Under the pieces are notes generated by a model. That model made no database searches. It saw only the letters and a list, made by a program, of their open reading frames with translations, and was not told the DNA's origin. Source: Takakia lepidozioides (taxonomy: Eukaryota > Plantae > Bryophyta). Taken from it: a stretch of 64,000 bases of DNA. The position numbers were made by a program, and so were the translations under genes. Each line of letters starts with the position of its first letter. Position 1 is the stretch's first letter. The DNA lies in NCBI GenBank assembly GCA_030704615.1, contig CM060731.1, positions 65,658,001-65,722,000 of the forward strand, written 5' to 3'. Of the stretch, positions 36,841 through 49,247 are shown piece by piece.

Positions 36841-39800
36841 CTACCCATGTGTTGTATCCCGCTGCAATAGAGTATCGACCTCGTTGAAACTCATAGTGGC
36901 CTGGTGAATGAAGTTGTTGTCACGTTTGGGATCGCAAACCATCCTCTTCAAAAATATGAAATACAAATGTTTGCAGGGTATGAATTTACCTCTCTTGCCC
37001 AAACTGGTTGATAGCATATTCACAAAATCAGGACATGTGCAATTGGGGAAATTGGAAACCGTGATGTCGTAGGTCCTGTCATGAACAGCAGATGTGGAAG
37101 TGTGATGATTGTGAATACCCGACCATATCTTGGATGTGGTACTTCCGTGGTGCTTCCAACACGAGCTTGGAGCATTCTTGCGGACTCCACTTTGCCAAAG
37201 TGTTCAGCGGTTGGAGGGAAACGCCGAACGAGCTTTCCATCTCGTTTGGTTGGCCACAAGTCAGGATTTGCTGGGGGGACCCGGGAGGATGCAGAAGTAG
37301 TAGCACATGCATGGAGTTGGGGTTGTCTCGCAAGGGAAAAACCTGCCTCCTCCAGCATTTCAATCTCCTGAAAGCTGAGATGTGTTCCCACCTTCACGGG
37401 CCAAACGGTTGGAGGAGATGGCTTCATCACTACAGAAGGACGCACAGTTCCATGCACACATCTGGCACAATCATCTGCGCAGAACCAGAACTTGTGGTTC
37501 TTGGCTTCTGGTTGACCGTATGGACGCATCAAGCCCGTGAAAGTCGGAGCAGGAGTTCGGGCACCACCTCTGGATATAGATGAAGTGCACTTCTCGAAAT
37601 TAGTTGCCCTGATCGCTGTACATTTCACACGAGACCCTACACTTGTGCGTTCTATGTGCCAAACGTGGTCGGGGCATGCGGACTCAAGCACATCAAGGGG
37701 GTTGTTTCTCTCCTGCACCATTTTAGTGGCACTGTTTGATGCTGGAGCTTGCCGTCGTGTTGGAGGTTCCTCCACAATGGAGGTTCCGGACATGGAGCTG
37801 TCATGCAGGGAAACACGAGCTTCGAGAAGTTATCACGGTCTGCCCTGTGGGAATCTGAATCCGAACCAGGTGGAGTGTTCAATTTCCTCTTACAGGAGCC
37901 GAATCTCTCCTCCCCTTCAAGATGTGGAACTCTAGAAACAAGTGGCGTTCCCTGGGCATACATGCTCACCGCCCGTGCTATCTTGATTAGATCCCCAGAT
38001 CTGTTTGCAGCACGCAACATCAACTCCCATTTGTCCGGACCCTTGCCCCAACCCCACCTCGTAAGAAATCACGGTATCGGGTTTGTTGTTGCAAGGCACG
38101 TATCAAATCGTCTGTTGTTGCCACATACAAATCCCAACCTCGTTTCCCAGACTGCTACAACCATGCGTTGTGCACAGTTTCTGTCAAATTGGAAGATGGC
38201 ATGTCCGCCATTTCCTCAATGGACATGTTCTGCAAAGTGCAGAACCACACTTCAAAACAGTGAACAGAAAACAACATAAAGAAAGCGAGGACACAAAAAA
38301 ATGGAAAGCAAATGTATGAATAAAGCAATAAATATAAGCCTCGTACCAATAGCATGGCTGCTCCCCACTGTCTATACCGGAAGTGCCAAAACCCAATCTT
38401 CCAATGCTCTCATACTCTCAAGTGATGCAGCTCCAGAAGAGAACCACCAGGCACGAATTGTCTGGAACAAAGTGTCCGCCTCCTTCATTGTTCTAGCATC
38501 TTTGTACTCTTTGCACAATTTACGGTGCTGAGTCTGCATCTCTGGTTTGATGTCCGACTTTATATGTTTTTCCAGAGATTGTGTCCAATGGAATAGACAT
38601 GTACGCTCTCTTCCTTGCATAGGCACTTTTGGGTCGCCCGATCCGAAGACAATACGAACAGCATTGAAATTTGCTTGAGCACTATCCGCCATGAAACTGC
38701 GAAATTTGGAGATGGCAGCCCATGGCAGCCCATGACACGTATCAGGGAATTCCACATGAGCTTGGGATTCGTATCCTCGGATTGCATGTCACAAACTGCA
38801 ATTGTCATAACTCGTTGGTACACTGGATCGTAGACATGACAAGCCATTGTCGTCCAATCCTTCACTCGTTTCACATGATCAAACATAAGAAAACAGTTCT
38901 GCAAGTCCCCAGTCTTCTGCATCGCTTCACGAGGCTAACCCCACTGCCCTCCCCAACAGTCGACATTTTGAAAAGAAAAACTTTGATGGCACCTTGACCT
39001 GGGAATACATTGTCCTGGATGTAATCGTACTTGCTCACTCGTTTCAATTCCAAAATGTTGTCTATGTAGCCTCTGATCCCAGAGCCCATTCTCAATGCAT
39101 TGATCTGATGCCGAATGTTAGGTGAACTTAAAGTTGAGAAATGATCCATGACCAGGTCCAATGCTGCACCGTCAAGTTTAGTCCCCACAGAATCCCCTTC
39201 ACTCAAAATATGGCTTTCCAAGAAGGACTTGCTTGCGCCAAGAGCAATTGCAGATGTTGTTGCGGATGGGTTTCTCCCGAACTCCTGTTTAATCAACCTC
39301 GATACTGTCTCAACACTCTCCCTGTAATCCCCCTTCGAGACAGGATGGTTATGGAATCCGAAATGCACACAAGCTCTTGTCATTGTTTCAAACGGTGGAC
39401 AACATAGTACATTCTTGCTCCGCAGAGCGCCAAGCAGGATGGCACAAGTTTGCAGAATTTGCAGACGAAAGTGTTTGCCGGTGGAGGGGCAGTCCCAGGC
39501 TGAAATGGATTTTCCGCCAGACCCTCCCATTCGCTTTGATTACTGAAGAAAGTGTCTGCAATTCAAATTATCACACCTAAGGTGTCCATTGCAAACTGTC
39601 CTCCTGAAAACAAGCTTGTCATCATTCTGAATATTGGATGTTTTTGTTCTGCACCACGGGTGCCCGTCGTGTTTCTTGTCCATTCCATGCATCATGATTG
39701 TTACACCTCCAACTCGCGGAGGAGGAGGCAGCTCGAATAGGATATCGCCATCAAAAGTCTCCAGCAAGAACTTCACAGGCACCTGCTTCAAAGATTCCCA

Positions 39801-40336
39801 ATCAATTCCCCGCAACTCACTTTTGAATCCAGCCATTCCTCCCATCGCCCGCAATTTTGGAATGACACTACAAATCTCTTCTTCATCAGCTTCTCCAACC
39901 ACAGTAGGAAGGACTGGATTTGGGAATTTCACTTATGTCATCATCGGACGAATCCGAAAGCTCAACGATTGGAGTGGAGGACGTCTGTTCTTTTTTCACC
40001 ACCACCTCCCTCTTGTCTTCAACGACCGAAGCAGCAGTCCCCGGCGTCACATATGACCCAAGGGACTTTCGCCGAGGCTCTCCAAGTACTCTGTATCGAC
40101 CAGGACGCACTCTCCACTGGCTGATATGAGCCGTCTCATCACGGTTTTGGAAAGAGTATTTCAACAACTTCCCTTTAAGATCGTACACCTCTTTCTCCAA
40201 AAAGATGGAGCCATTCTGCAGCTGAAAACGGGTAGCCAAGACATGTTCCAGAAAATTGCAAATCCATTGTCAAGGACTTCCTGGGAGAACGGCACTGGTT
40301 TGTCGTCAGAGAAAAACTCGCTTCAGAGGAAGCCAT
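36841..40336 (-). CDS. MULE-type transposase: GCM/WRKY-like Zn domain, DDE core, C-terminal SWIM finger (frameshifted)
   Basis: LMFDHV (D1), FMADSAQANFNAV (D2), CLFHW (CxxH), SNLTETVHN (E) and SWIM CTCPDF...PCKH. One intron at about 38240-38345. Confidence 0.85.
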
Positions 40337-41181
40337 CTTCCTTCGTCGCGTACGTTTATACCTTGCTATCGCAGATCTAGTGTAAATCGGTTTACTGTGT
40401 CTCCAGAACACAGTTGAAGAATGAGCAGAGAAATATGGCGGAGGAAGCTCAGACAACGACTGTGCATATTCTGTTATTCTTCCAGATATGCAGCCGTCCA
40501 TTTTAATACTTTTTTGTGGGCCCAGTGGTGGTCAGAGTATCCTAGGAGCAGTGTCGGCAGCTGTTAAACTTAATCAGAACCTCATCAATAAACCCAATAA
40601 CAAAGCCGACTTCCTGGAAGCATCCAACAGGATCTGAGGATTGGATTGCAGATTAAGTAAATGTATCTTTATACTACTACCAATGATCATGCGCACCTGG
40701 AAAGTTCCAAATGTGAAAACGAATGGGGTTTGGCTAACAAGGATGACCGTGTATGATATTCCAAAATTTGTCATCAAACTCTCGTTCATTTACATATTTG
40801 TGTAAGAACGTGCGCCAAGATTTCTGGGATTCGCTGTTATTTTTAAATATTGAAACCGTTCTAATAAAGAACACGCCGTTTTTTTGGGCGACACACGTCA
40901 AACATCCATAACTGAATACGAACAGCTGTACACCCAATTGCTGGCATGTGCACTAATAAGGGAACGACTATGTGTAACGGTCATGCGAGAGGGAATCCGA
41001 TGCTTCTAGAGACAAGCAACAACGCAGGCAATCCCGCAAGAAATCGGGAGTCACTGCGTTTTTTCTACTTTGTACTTAGAGGAGAGTGGTAGTCAAGCTC
41101 GAGAGGGTTCCTTTCTAGAAAAGAAGAGAAAGTCTCTTTATTTTACTTCCCTTAGAGAGAGACGCAGAAGCAAGAGAGCAA

Positions 41182-44100
41182 ATGACGAGGCGTCGTTGTT
41201 GGAGAAACACAGGGCAAAAGGCAGCAGGTGAACGCGGAGACTGAGACAAGAGCAGACGTAGACTGAAAGCAACGGCTGTGAAACAGTGCGCAGCCTGTGG
41301 ATGCAGAGATGACTCGCAGGGACACTAAAGAGGTGGTGGAAGCACGAGGAACGCCGAACCGGGAGAAGGTCCGAAACCCTAGAGCAGACAAAAATTCCAG
41401 CAGATGTGAGAGAGAAAGAGAATGCAGAAGGGGATCCAATTTCAAAACCTAAGAAGGCGCCAGTAAGTTTCTCTAACTTACATTCATTGTTGAAGATTTG
41501 CGTAGAGATTGAGTGGAATGTCCCAGACAGGTTGTCGCTACCGACCATCACAACGGTGATTTTGCTTTCTACTCCTCTGCTAAGGGTTTACCGCACATGA
41601 GTGGGTGACTGACGGGTACGTCAATCATCGTTGTTCAGATCATACAATCTGTCTGATTGCCTTTCAAGCAGTCCTTCATCTTCCCATGCTGGCGACAGTA
41701 ATCACAATGGAGTCAATCTGAATAATCTGCACTTACTGTCCGCTCTAAACTATACTGAATGTTGTTGCCGCCAATCACTTACACATAGATGTCATTACAC
41801 AACACCGATCCGGCAGGTCCTTATCTTTTGTGATTGTCGTTAACGCCGTTCGCTATCGCTCTCGCTTTTGTTTGAATACGGCAGGATCAGCTTTGCTTGT
41901 GTAGATTGTGCTGAATTGTTTCACACCATTCATAGTGAGTTTCTTGGAGACAGAGTGATGGTCGTTACCGTCGTTCACTATTTACAAATTACTCAGTCAG
42001 AATTGAATGGCATCGTGCAGAAAACTGTGAGGTCCAAGCCTACAGGATCAGAAGGGAAAGGATCTGGAGATGGGGACGAGTCCGGAAAAAGCTCAGAGAA
42101 TACAGATGAAGCAGATGAATCTGAAGTGCACTACCTTGACAAGATGAAAGAACTCATGTCATTCCAGAAGGTAAACTCTCAGGAGGTTATAAGGGACATG
42201 CTCGTATCTGGAGGGCGTCTGGACATCCCTCTGTGCCGGATGATATCTATGCCTGTTGTGCGTCCACCTCTTTCCCATGACATAACAAAATTGGAGAGTG
42301 ATTTTGTGCATGGATATAGACTTGGTGCACAAGTTTTTTATGTGTCACTGACGGATATAAATGGGAAAAGCACATTAGTGTCTCCAGAGATCAGTGATAA
42401 CTGGGATGAGTGCTGGAAAGATGCCAATGAGGAGTTCGAGCTGGGCCTCATGATGGGAAAGAACACCCAGCAATTCTGCAACCACATGTTCTACGTCTGG
42501 GACGGCAACCACCGATTGCTGGCATGGATGGGATACATTCAGAAACACCATGCGAAAGACAAAGACAAGCATGTTGCTGTGGAGGCAATGGTTTTGGATC
42601 CTGGAAACGACATCGCTAGGCTTCTTACAGCTATGCACGACGTGAACAAGTAAGTCATCCAGGAGATTTCATTCCCTCTGTAGTGTCTTATTAATCCCCA
42701 AAAAACAGTGTTAAGGAATGCAATGTTTCCAATGTTTTTGCAGATCGACAGAGAAATCGCATGTGACAACAAGCTTGGTCCACACACTATTCCGAATTCA
42801 GAGGATTGGTCTGATGAAGCTGGATGATTTTCGGACAGTACTCCCACCCAATATAATCAAGAAGTGCGAAACAGGAAGAGCTGCAGGCACTTGGTATTCT
42901 TTGACACGAGAGGCGTTTCTGGAGTACATGTATGCGGTAAGCCCGAGTCTGTACTCAGTTTACTTTTCGAATACATGTTTGTAGTCCCTTCGGTGCTAAT
43001 CACTACTTGAATCAATGCAGCAAGAACTGGCAGAGGCAGCTGAGAAGGGAAAATCCGAATATTACCGCACTACACCAGAGGAACTAAGGACATCAAAGGG
43101 TGTGGAAGCTGCAATAAAGAAGGAGTTTGAAATGCGAAGAACCAAATTGATGTCCGCCTTCGGAAAGCAGCTTAGAATAGTAGATCCTGGACTTGGTTCT
43201 GAGTTCCTTCAGCAGATCAAAACACACTATGACAAGCATGTGCATCCGGAGATGCAGCAGGAGAAATTGCACCGGCTGGCCATATCGATGGTCGACCCAC
43301 AAACAAAAATAAGGTGGCTGGAGATATGGAACTCAGATCAAACAGTAAAGGACTTGAATCAGTTCCCAAAGAGCACCATACAGCCTGACACAAAGGTGGA
43401 AGGAATCAGTGATTTGGTGTTTGATAACTGGCTCCACAAGGCTACATTTTGGAGTCAGGTGTGTATTCAAATATGTCGTTTTCTTTTCTTCAAGTATGTG
43501 ATGAGTATCTTATTTGCAATTCTGACAAATATACAATTTGCAGCTCGAAAAGCGCGCCGTCATTGTGCTGGATCAGACTTTGAAGGACCTGAACATTTCG
43601 ATTGTTTCCCCTCCCCAAATGTCATTGGAGGCATACATAAGGAAGTGGAGAGGTCTCACCTGGAGATACTGTTTTTTCCGGGAGTTCTCCAAAGATGGTA
43701 ACATTTTACGGTCCAACGACTTTGACAGTCAGGTTGGAGGAGAGTGGGCCATGATGCGAGTTGTGTACAGGTGCAATGTCATACTGGAAACTCGGCTATT
43801 TTTTTGGGAAAAAATGTGGCTTCATAAGGATTGCAATCATAGATCCAGATTGAATGTCGTTGACGACATTCACTTCTTTGTCTGAGTCATTCTTAAGCGA
43901 GTATATGAATTCATCTAAGGGTGTAATTATAGTGTCCCTGATTAGAATTGATAATGTCCTTGAATGGCGTTGACGACATTCACATCCGGAGTTGTTGAGA
44001 GGTCCTCAGAGTTATGTAAATTTTTGTATGTCCATAGAGTTTATAATGAGGGTTCCTCACTTCATTTTGCTGAATGTCAATGCAGACATTCAGTTGTTCT

Positions 44101-46919
44101 GCATTGTTTTTGCCTCTTGCGAGGAATCTGGAGGCTTGATAAGCTGTGTTATGAGACAAAATTGTTGATGACATTCACTTCTGTGTCTGTATTATTCACC
44201 AGCGACAATTTGAATTTACATGGATTGGGAGCTAAGTAATTGGTTCCTTGTTGGTATTTTTGTGAATGGCGTTGACGTACAGTGTTGTTGTGAGGTCCTC
44301 AGTGATATGTTCGTTATGAATGTGCATTGAGTTTTCCGGGAGGGTTCCTTACTCGAGTTTATGATTTCCATCCTTTGATTTTGCTTCATTTGAGGAATAA
44401 TTAGGCTTGATTAGGAGTGTATTCACAAATCCAAAGTGAATGTCGTTGACGACATTCACTTCTATGTCTGTGTCATTCCAAAACGATAGTTTGCATTCAC
44501 GTGGATTAGGGTGTATTTACAGTATCATTGAATGGAATGTTTTGAATGGCGTTGACGACATTCACATCCGGAGCAGTCGTGTGGTCCTGAAAGGTCCTTG
44601 GAGCAATTCTCAGAGCCATTTTCATTCTATGTTTTTTCCATTCTGTTCTTCTTGCATCTTACTCACTGAGCGCTTTGGTGGGTTGGGATTTATCTCCTAT
44701 TTTTCAGGTACACGGAATATGTGCTTATGGAAGGAAATCACCTGAGCGGAATTCCAGACTATCTTGACATGTGGTCGGACCCTGCAAACGATCCAACCAT
44801 GTATACTGCAGGGATATTGAAGGACTGGAGTCCTTCTCACTTCAGAGACTGTGGGTGGTACCTTGACTGCCCACCGGAGCACACGACCTTTCAAGAACAG
44901 CATATGAAATACTTGAACAATAACGCTGAGATGCTGGCGCCTCTGACTGACGAAGAGTACCAACGAAACATAGCAACATTGGCTGCCAAGGAGCCTGATG
45001 CTCAGGGAACGCCGCAGAAGGGAAAGAAGGCGGGCCGCAAACCAAAAGACAAGGTTGTTGATGTCATAGCCATCTCACCAGTAAAGCCAAAGGACAAAGA
45101 CAAGTCCAAAGAGAAGGAAAAAGACAAGGGGAAGGAGAAAGAAAAGGAGATGGAGAGTGGGCAGGACTTTACTGCTGGAAGATATACCCGCACTGTTCAG
45201 TGCGTGTTCGATGCCAAGCCACACCCTTCCCGTTCTGATTCGGCAGGAGAGATGAAAATTGTTAATGAGGTTGGCTGTCGATGATGCAGAGTCGAAAGAG
45301 AGGATACACTGGGGTGCCTTCGCCTACCTGGGACAATATAATCTCATTCCTCAATCTGGTGAGAATTCCAGTTTCTTTCTTTTTTCTCTGAAAGTTTCGT
45401 TGGCAGTATTTCAGTCTCGTTCTTTGAAAACATTCTTGCCATCGTTCTTATAAAAAACATGTCTGTTGCAGGTGAGCAGAGATCCCACCTTCGTGTGCAG
45501 TGTGCAGAAAACATATGCGGCCGACATTGTCATTCTCGATGTCCCGGATGGCCAGGCTGTGCCAGAAGTTCTTCCAAAGGGCAAGACGTCAGGCTGGAAC
45601 AAATTCGAGGACAACTACTGGAGTTGGGTGTTCGGGTTCTGTAATAACTTCCTCTTTGATGCAGGGACACTTCTGCTTTTTCAGTCATGTGACAATGATA
45701 GTCGTCGGGCATTGGCATCATACCTCAAGTCTTTAGGGTTTGAAGTTTTGCGCACATGGAATTGTGTGAACAGCCTCTACCTTGTGAAAGGGGGTTTCCC
45801 TGGTCAGCTGGTATGCCATCTCCCTTCTGCTTGTGCTTTCATGATGAGTTTCAATGTTCTCTGCAACTCCGCTCTAGTAGAATCTGTTATGATCGACACC
45901 GATCATCACCGATTCGTGATAAAAATGATTTTTTTGTGTCTGAGTTTTGAATAGCCGATGTACACACTTCCACTATAGATTGTGTTTACCACACTAACCT
46001 GCTATCTTCGGCAGACGAGGATGTTCGAGGCGATCTGCCTGCGCAGGATTCGCACCTCCAAGACACCATCCTCCATCCGCAGCTTTGAGATTTCTAACCA
46101 GGGTTGTTTCGTCAACCCCCGTTATGAGCCCCATGTCGATGACATTTTGTACAACTTCATGCAGTCCAGTCAGACTCTAAAGAGACCAGATGGCACTCCC
46201 TGGAGAGGTGCAAAGGAAAAGTCCCCAGCGTTCATGCAAATACTGCTGGAGTCATGCAGCCACCACTCTGCACGGGTGGTCGATCTTTCTGTGTCCACAT
46301 GTTCGTTCTTTCCCTTCCGAATTGGTTTTCTTTCAACAGTTTCATCTGCTTAAATCCCCCCCACCAAACTGTTCATGTCCTCCTGTGTGGTGCAGGAGCA
46401 ACTTACCATGCATGCAAGGCAGGTGGAAGAAGCCTTTTTGGCATGGAGGGTGATTCTGACCTCTACAACACAGTGCTCCTCCCCCTTTTGTCTGGCTCCA
46501 CTTCAGGCACACAGACTGATCGGATTCAAATTTGAAATGATGACGATCCCGAAGATAAGCAGGTCGACAACGACTTTTCATGTGAGTAAGTGCTAAACCC
46601 TCTTTGGGAGCCATACTCAATTTCTCAATAACATCAAAGTTACAGTAATAACTTTTTCAGGCTGTCTTTCAGGACAGGCAGCGGTGGATCTTCAGGAGAT
46701 ACAGTCATTTCTGGCGAGTCTGTTTTCGACAGCCCCTTTTCCAATTTTCTGCTTCCTGTTTATGCCGAAGCAATGGCACTTCACGCGGCCGAGTCCCTAT
46801 CCCCTGACTTTTTACTGCCCAGCCGTAGGTGTATCCAGCGTGGATCCGGTGTTCTAAAATACTTAGACTTAGATGCAGAGGAAGCGGGGATACATTGTAC
46901 TGACTCTGAGTCAGACTGA
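41182..46919 (+). CDS. Multi-exon transposon accessory gene: ParB/Srx-like N-domain plus beta-class N4C/N6A DNA methyltransferase fold (atypical motifs; may be disabled)
   Basis: FYVWDGNHRL (DGNHR at 42501-42515); ADIVILDVPDG (DVPD at 45538-45549); KSPAFMQILLESCS..SARVVDLSVST / GATYHACKAGGRSLFGMEGD (46200-46460). GT-AG introns. Start codon and some junctions are uncertain. Confidence 0.72.
43851..44564. repeat. Intronic ~293-bp tandem repeat carrying paired 22-bp palindromes TGAATGTCGT-TG-ACGACATTCA
   Basis: Copies at 43851, 43961, ~44157 (degenerate), 44263 (partial), 44437 and 44543. Confidence 0.88.
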
Positions 46920-47612
46920 ACTATATTCTTTTAATATTCATTTTCATACTATCTGGAAAACGTTGAATCCCCTTCCTCCACCGTAGTTGTTCCTTTAGAA
47001 CAAATAATAATCACAGAATCAACTTTAATTTAAATTGCAATATGTATGAATCCATCTCACAAACCTCCCTGACTCTCTCATATCCATTGTGCATTCATCT
47101 ACAGTGTATTCATGCGTGCTCCATTCATGAATGTTTTCCTTTGTTCAACATCCATTGTACATTCATCCTCTGTACTCTTTAATCCACCCCACAAACCTTC
47201 CACACTCATTTCATATACGTTGTGCATTCGTCAAAAGTTTTGGTCATGCATCTTCCTGTCATGAATTTTTGTCATTGCTCAACATCCATTATACATTCAT
47301 CCATTTTACTCTTATCCATCCCTCATCATCCATCTACATTCATTTTTCACACTCATCCATCTGTTTATCATCCAATTGAACATTCATCCATCATTTATTC
47401 AATGACTTTTATTATGTCGTCCAGCTTGTTTCCGCGGTAAAGGGTGTCAATCCGCGGGAATACACTCCACTTCTTTCTGGGCGCGTGGTGACGCGGCCTT
47501 CACGTGTGATGACATGGAGTGAGCCCCGTGACGTGGCATTGGCGCAATGTGACGTGGCGTGAGCGCAATTGCGCTCACGCGCTCACGTGACCAGGCTCAC
47601 GCCGAGGCATCC

Positions 47613-48600
47613 CTGGGCTGAAATGGAGAAGTACCATTTGTGTGGGACTGATGAAGAGCCGCACACGTGCGCTAGTGTCGCGCAAGCCCTCTGATGCGCG
47701 CAAAAAGACGACCGCAAGCTGGGCATGGTACGGTCTGATGGGAGAGGCGCATGCTGTCGGGGTAAGAGTGATGGGGTCGGCAATGCAGGCTGCACAACTG
47801 GAGAAGAAGTGACTGGCATGGGACGTCTAACCCTACCTGAGAGGCGCAGTGGGGGAGGGCTCAACAGACACTGTGGGAGTTCTTCGGTCGGTGGGGCGCC
47901 AATGGAAGAACCTGGAATCAGCGGTGGAGAAGACCGTTGTGAAGAGGACGACTCTTCTTGAACTTGGTGTCTGGAGCTTGGACTCTGGTGCGCATCAGGA
48001 ACATGTGAGCTAGGGGTAGGGGTACATTGGCGTTGGGGTCTTCCAAGAGGAGCAGGTCTTCTAGCAGGAGCAGTTTGCGGCTGTGTTCAGCACCTCTCGT
48101 TGCTCTGGGGAGCGAACTGTCAGGGATGTGGAGTAGGCAGTAAAGGGGTTGTGGTGAGGGCTGGAGCTGGTTGCCTGTACGACGTCGGGGCTGAACAAGC
48201 TGGGGGACGAGCCGATCGAGGCCGCCTGACCGGCGTGGGGCCCACTGTTGCACAACGTCCGCTTGCTCGCTTAGCGCTGCTACCGCTGTCGCTACTGCCA
48301 ACACCTCCACTAACTTGGTGGCGCTGCAGGCCTTGCCGAGGTCTGGCGGCGACGCCGCTCATCGTACTTTTCACTTCCTTCTCTTTGTCTCTCTCGCCCT
48401 CTAGATACGATCGCACACCCGAAAAGCCAAAGGACAGCCTTCACGGCGTTGGCGCTCTCTTTCGCGCTCAGTGGAAAAGCACAGTGGAATTCACTTTCTA
48501 AAGGTCTCGTTGCTTCCCTACTGCCACAAAATATGGACGGAGTGGAAATTCCATCCGGGACATAAACTGGCGACGCCATAAGAATCAAAAGTCAAAGGTC
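47613..48600 (-). mobile_element. 5' portion of the CRE-like LINE, with N-terminal zinc finger
   Basis: CPACGRLFARIRGLARH*RTC is in frame with LHAPPLASTWHW on the other side of the MULE. The 5' boundary is approximate. Confidence 0.78.
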
Positions 48601-49174
48601 CAAACTCACTTGAAATTCGAACCGCTCTACAGGACCACCATAGATACATCAGACGAGAACTTAGGGAACTTCACGTGAGGCAGTCATGGAAACCAGCCAA
48701 CTCTTACAGCAAAACTCCAGTTCTAACGAGAGAGAGAGAGGAGAGGTAGACTTTGTCTCTGACTGTTGCGATTTACCGACGTGAAGATTCCAGATCAAGA
48801 AGTGTGGCAAATTGTATCAGTGACCACTTGCTGAGACCAAGCAAGAAAGATTAGCATTGTACTTCACGATTACAACCTCTCATTTTTTAACAAATGACTA
48901 CTACCTAGCACACACAATAACCTCCTACCGCAATAAACAACCCATTTCATTCACTATTTTCTTGACTCTAAGACAGCCCTCCCCTTAAAGAAAAGCCTGG
49001 TAGCAGCACTCTGCATGGGGAATACCCTCCTAATTCAATAAACCAGCCTCCCCCCTTAAAGGAAAGCCTACTAGCACTTTGCTACGAACTCAATGAACAC
49101 CTTAGTTGACTCTCAGGCAACACCCCTTCATTGAATATTGGAATGTTCACATCAAAAAAACTATTAAGATACCG

Positions 49175-49247
49175 TGCGGCGAGCGTGGATCGAACACGCG
49201 ATCTTCAGATCTTCAGTCTGACGCTTTCCCAACTGAGCTATCCCCGC
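49175..49247 (-). tRNA. tRNA-Phe(GAA), duplicate copy
   Basis: Same 73-nt sequence as 19482-19554. Confidence 0.9.

Larger units (their letters stand above)
9941..46560. repeat. Large tandem segmental duplication, unit 1
   Basis: 9941 onward matches 46561 onward (aggtcgacaacgacttttc...). Collinearity continues through tRNA-Phe, lipase, LINE and the MULE left arm. Confidence 0.9.
36225..47612. mobile_element. Mutator-like DNA transposon (11,388 bp) with degenerate TIRs and two divergent genes
   Basis: Direct repeat CTGGGCTGAAAT at 36213-36224 and 47613-47624. Imperfect ~40-bp TIR GAYGC...GGCGTGAGC...CGTGAGCGCGTGAGCGC. Excision restores the LINE reading frame. Confidence 0.9.

Noticed and set aside
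36841-40336. Zisupton/KDZ or Helitron assignment for the SWIM-containing element
   Set aside because: The D...D-CxxH...E spacing and long TSD fit Mutator, and no Rep/helicase motifs were seen. A profile search should confirm this.
43851-44564. CRISPR-like palindromic repeats
   Set aside because: The intervening sequences are long and homologous to each other, the context is a eukaryotic intron, and no cas genes are present.
41182-46919. Bacterial contamination or a restriction-modification operon
   Set aside because: The gene has spliceosomal introns and sits in a TSD-bounded element nested in a plant LINE next to plant genes.
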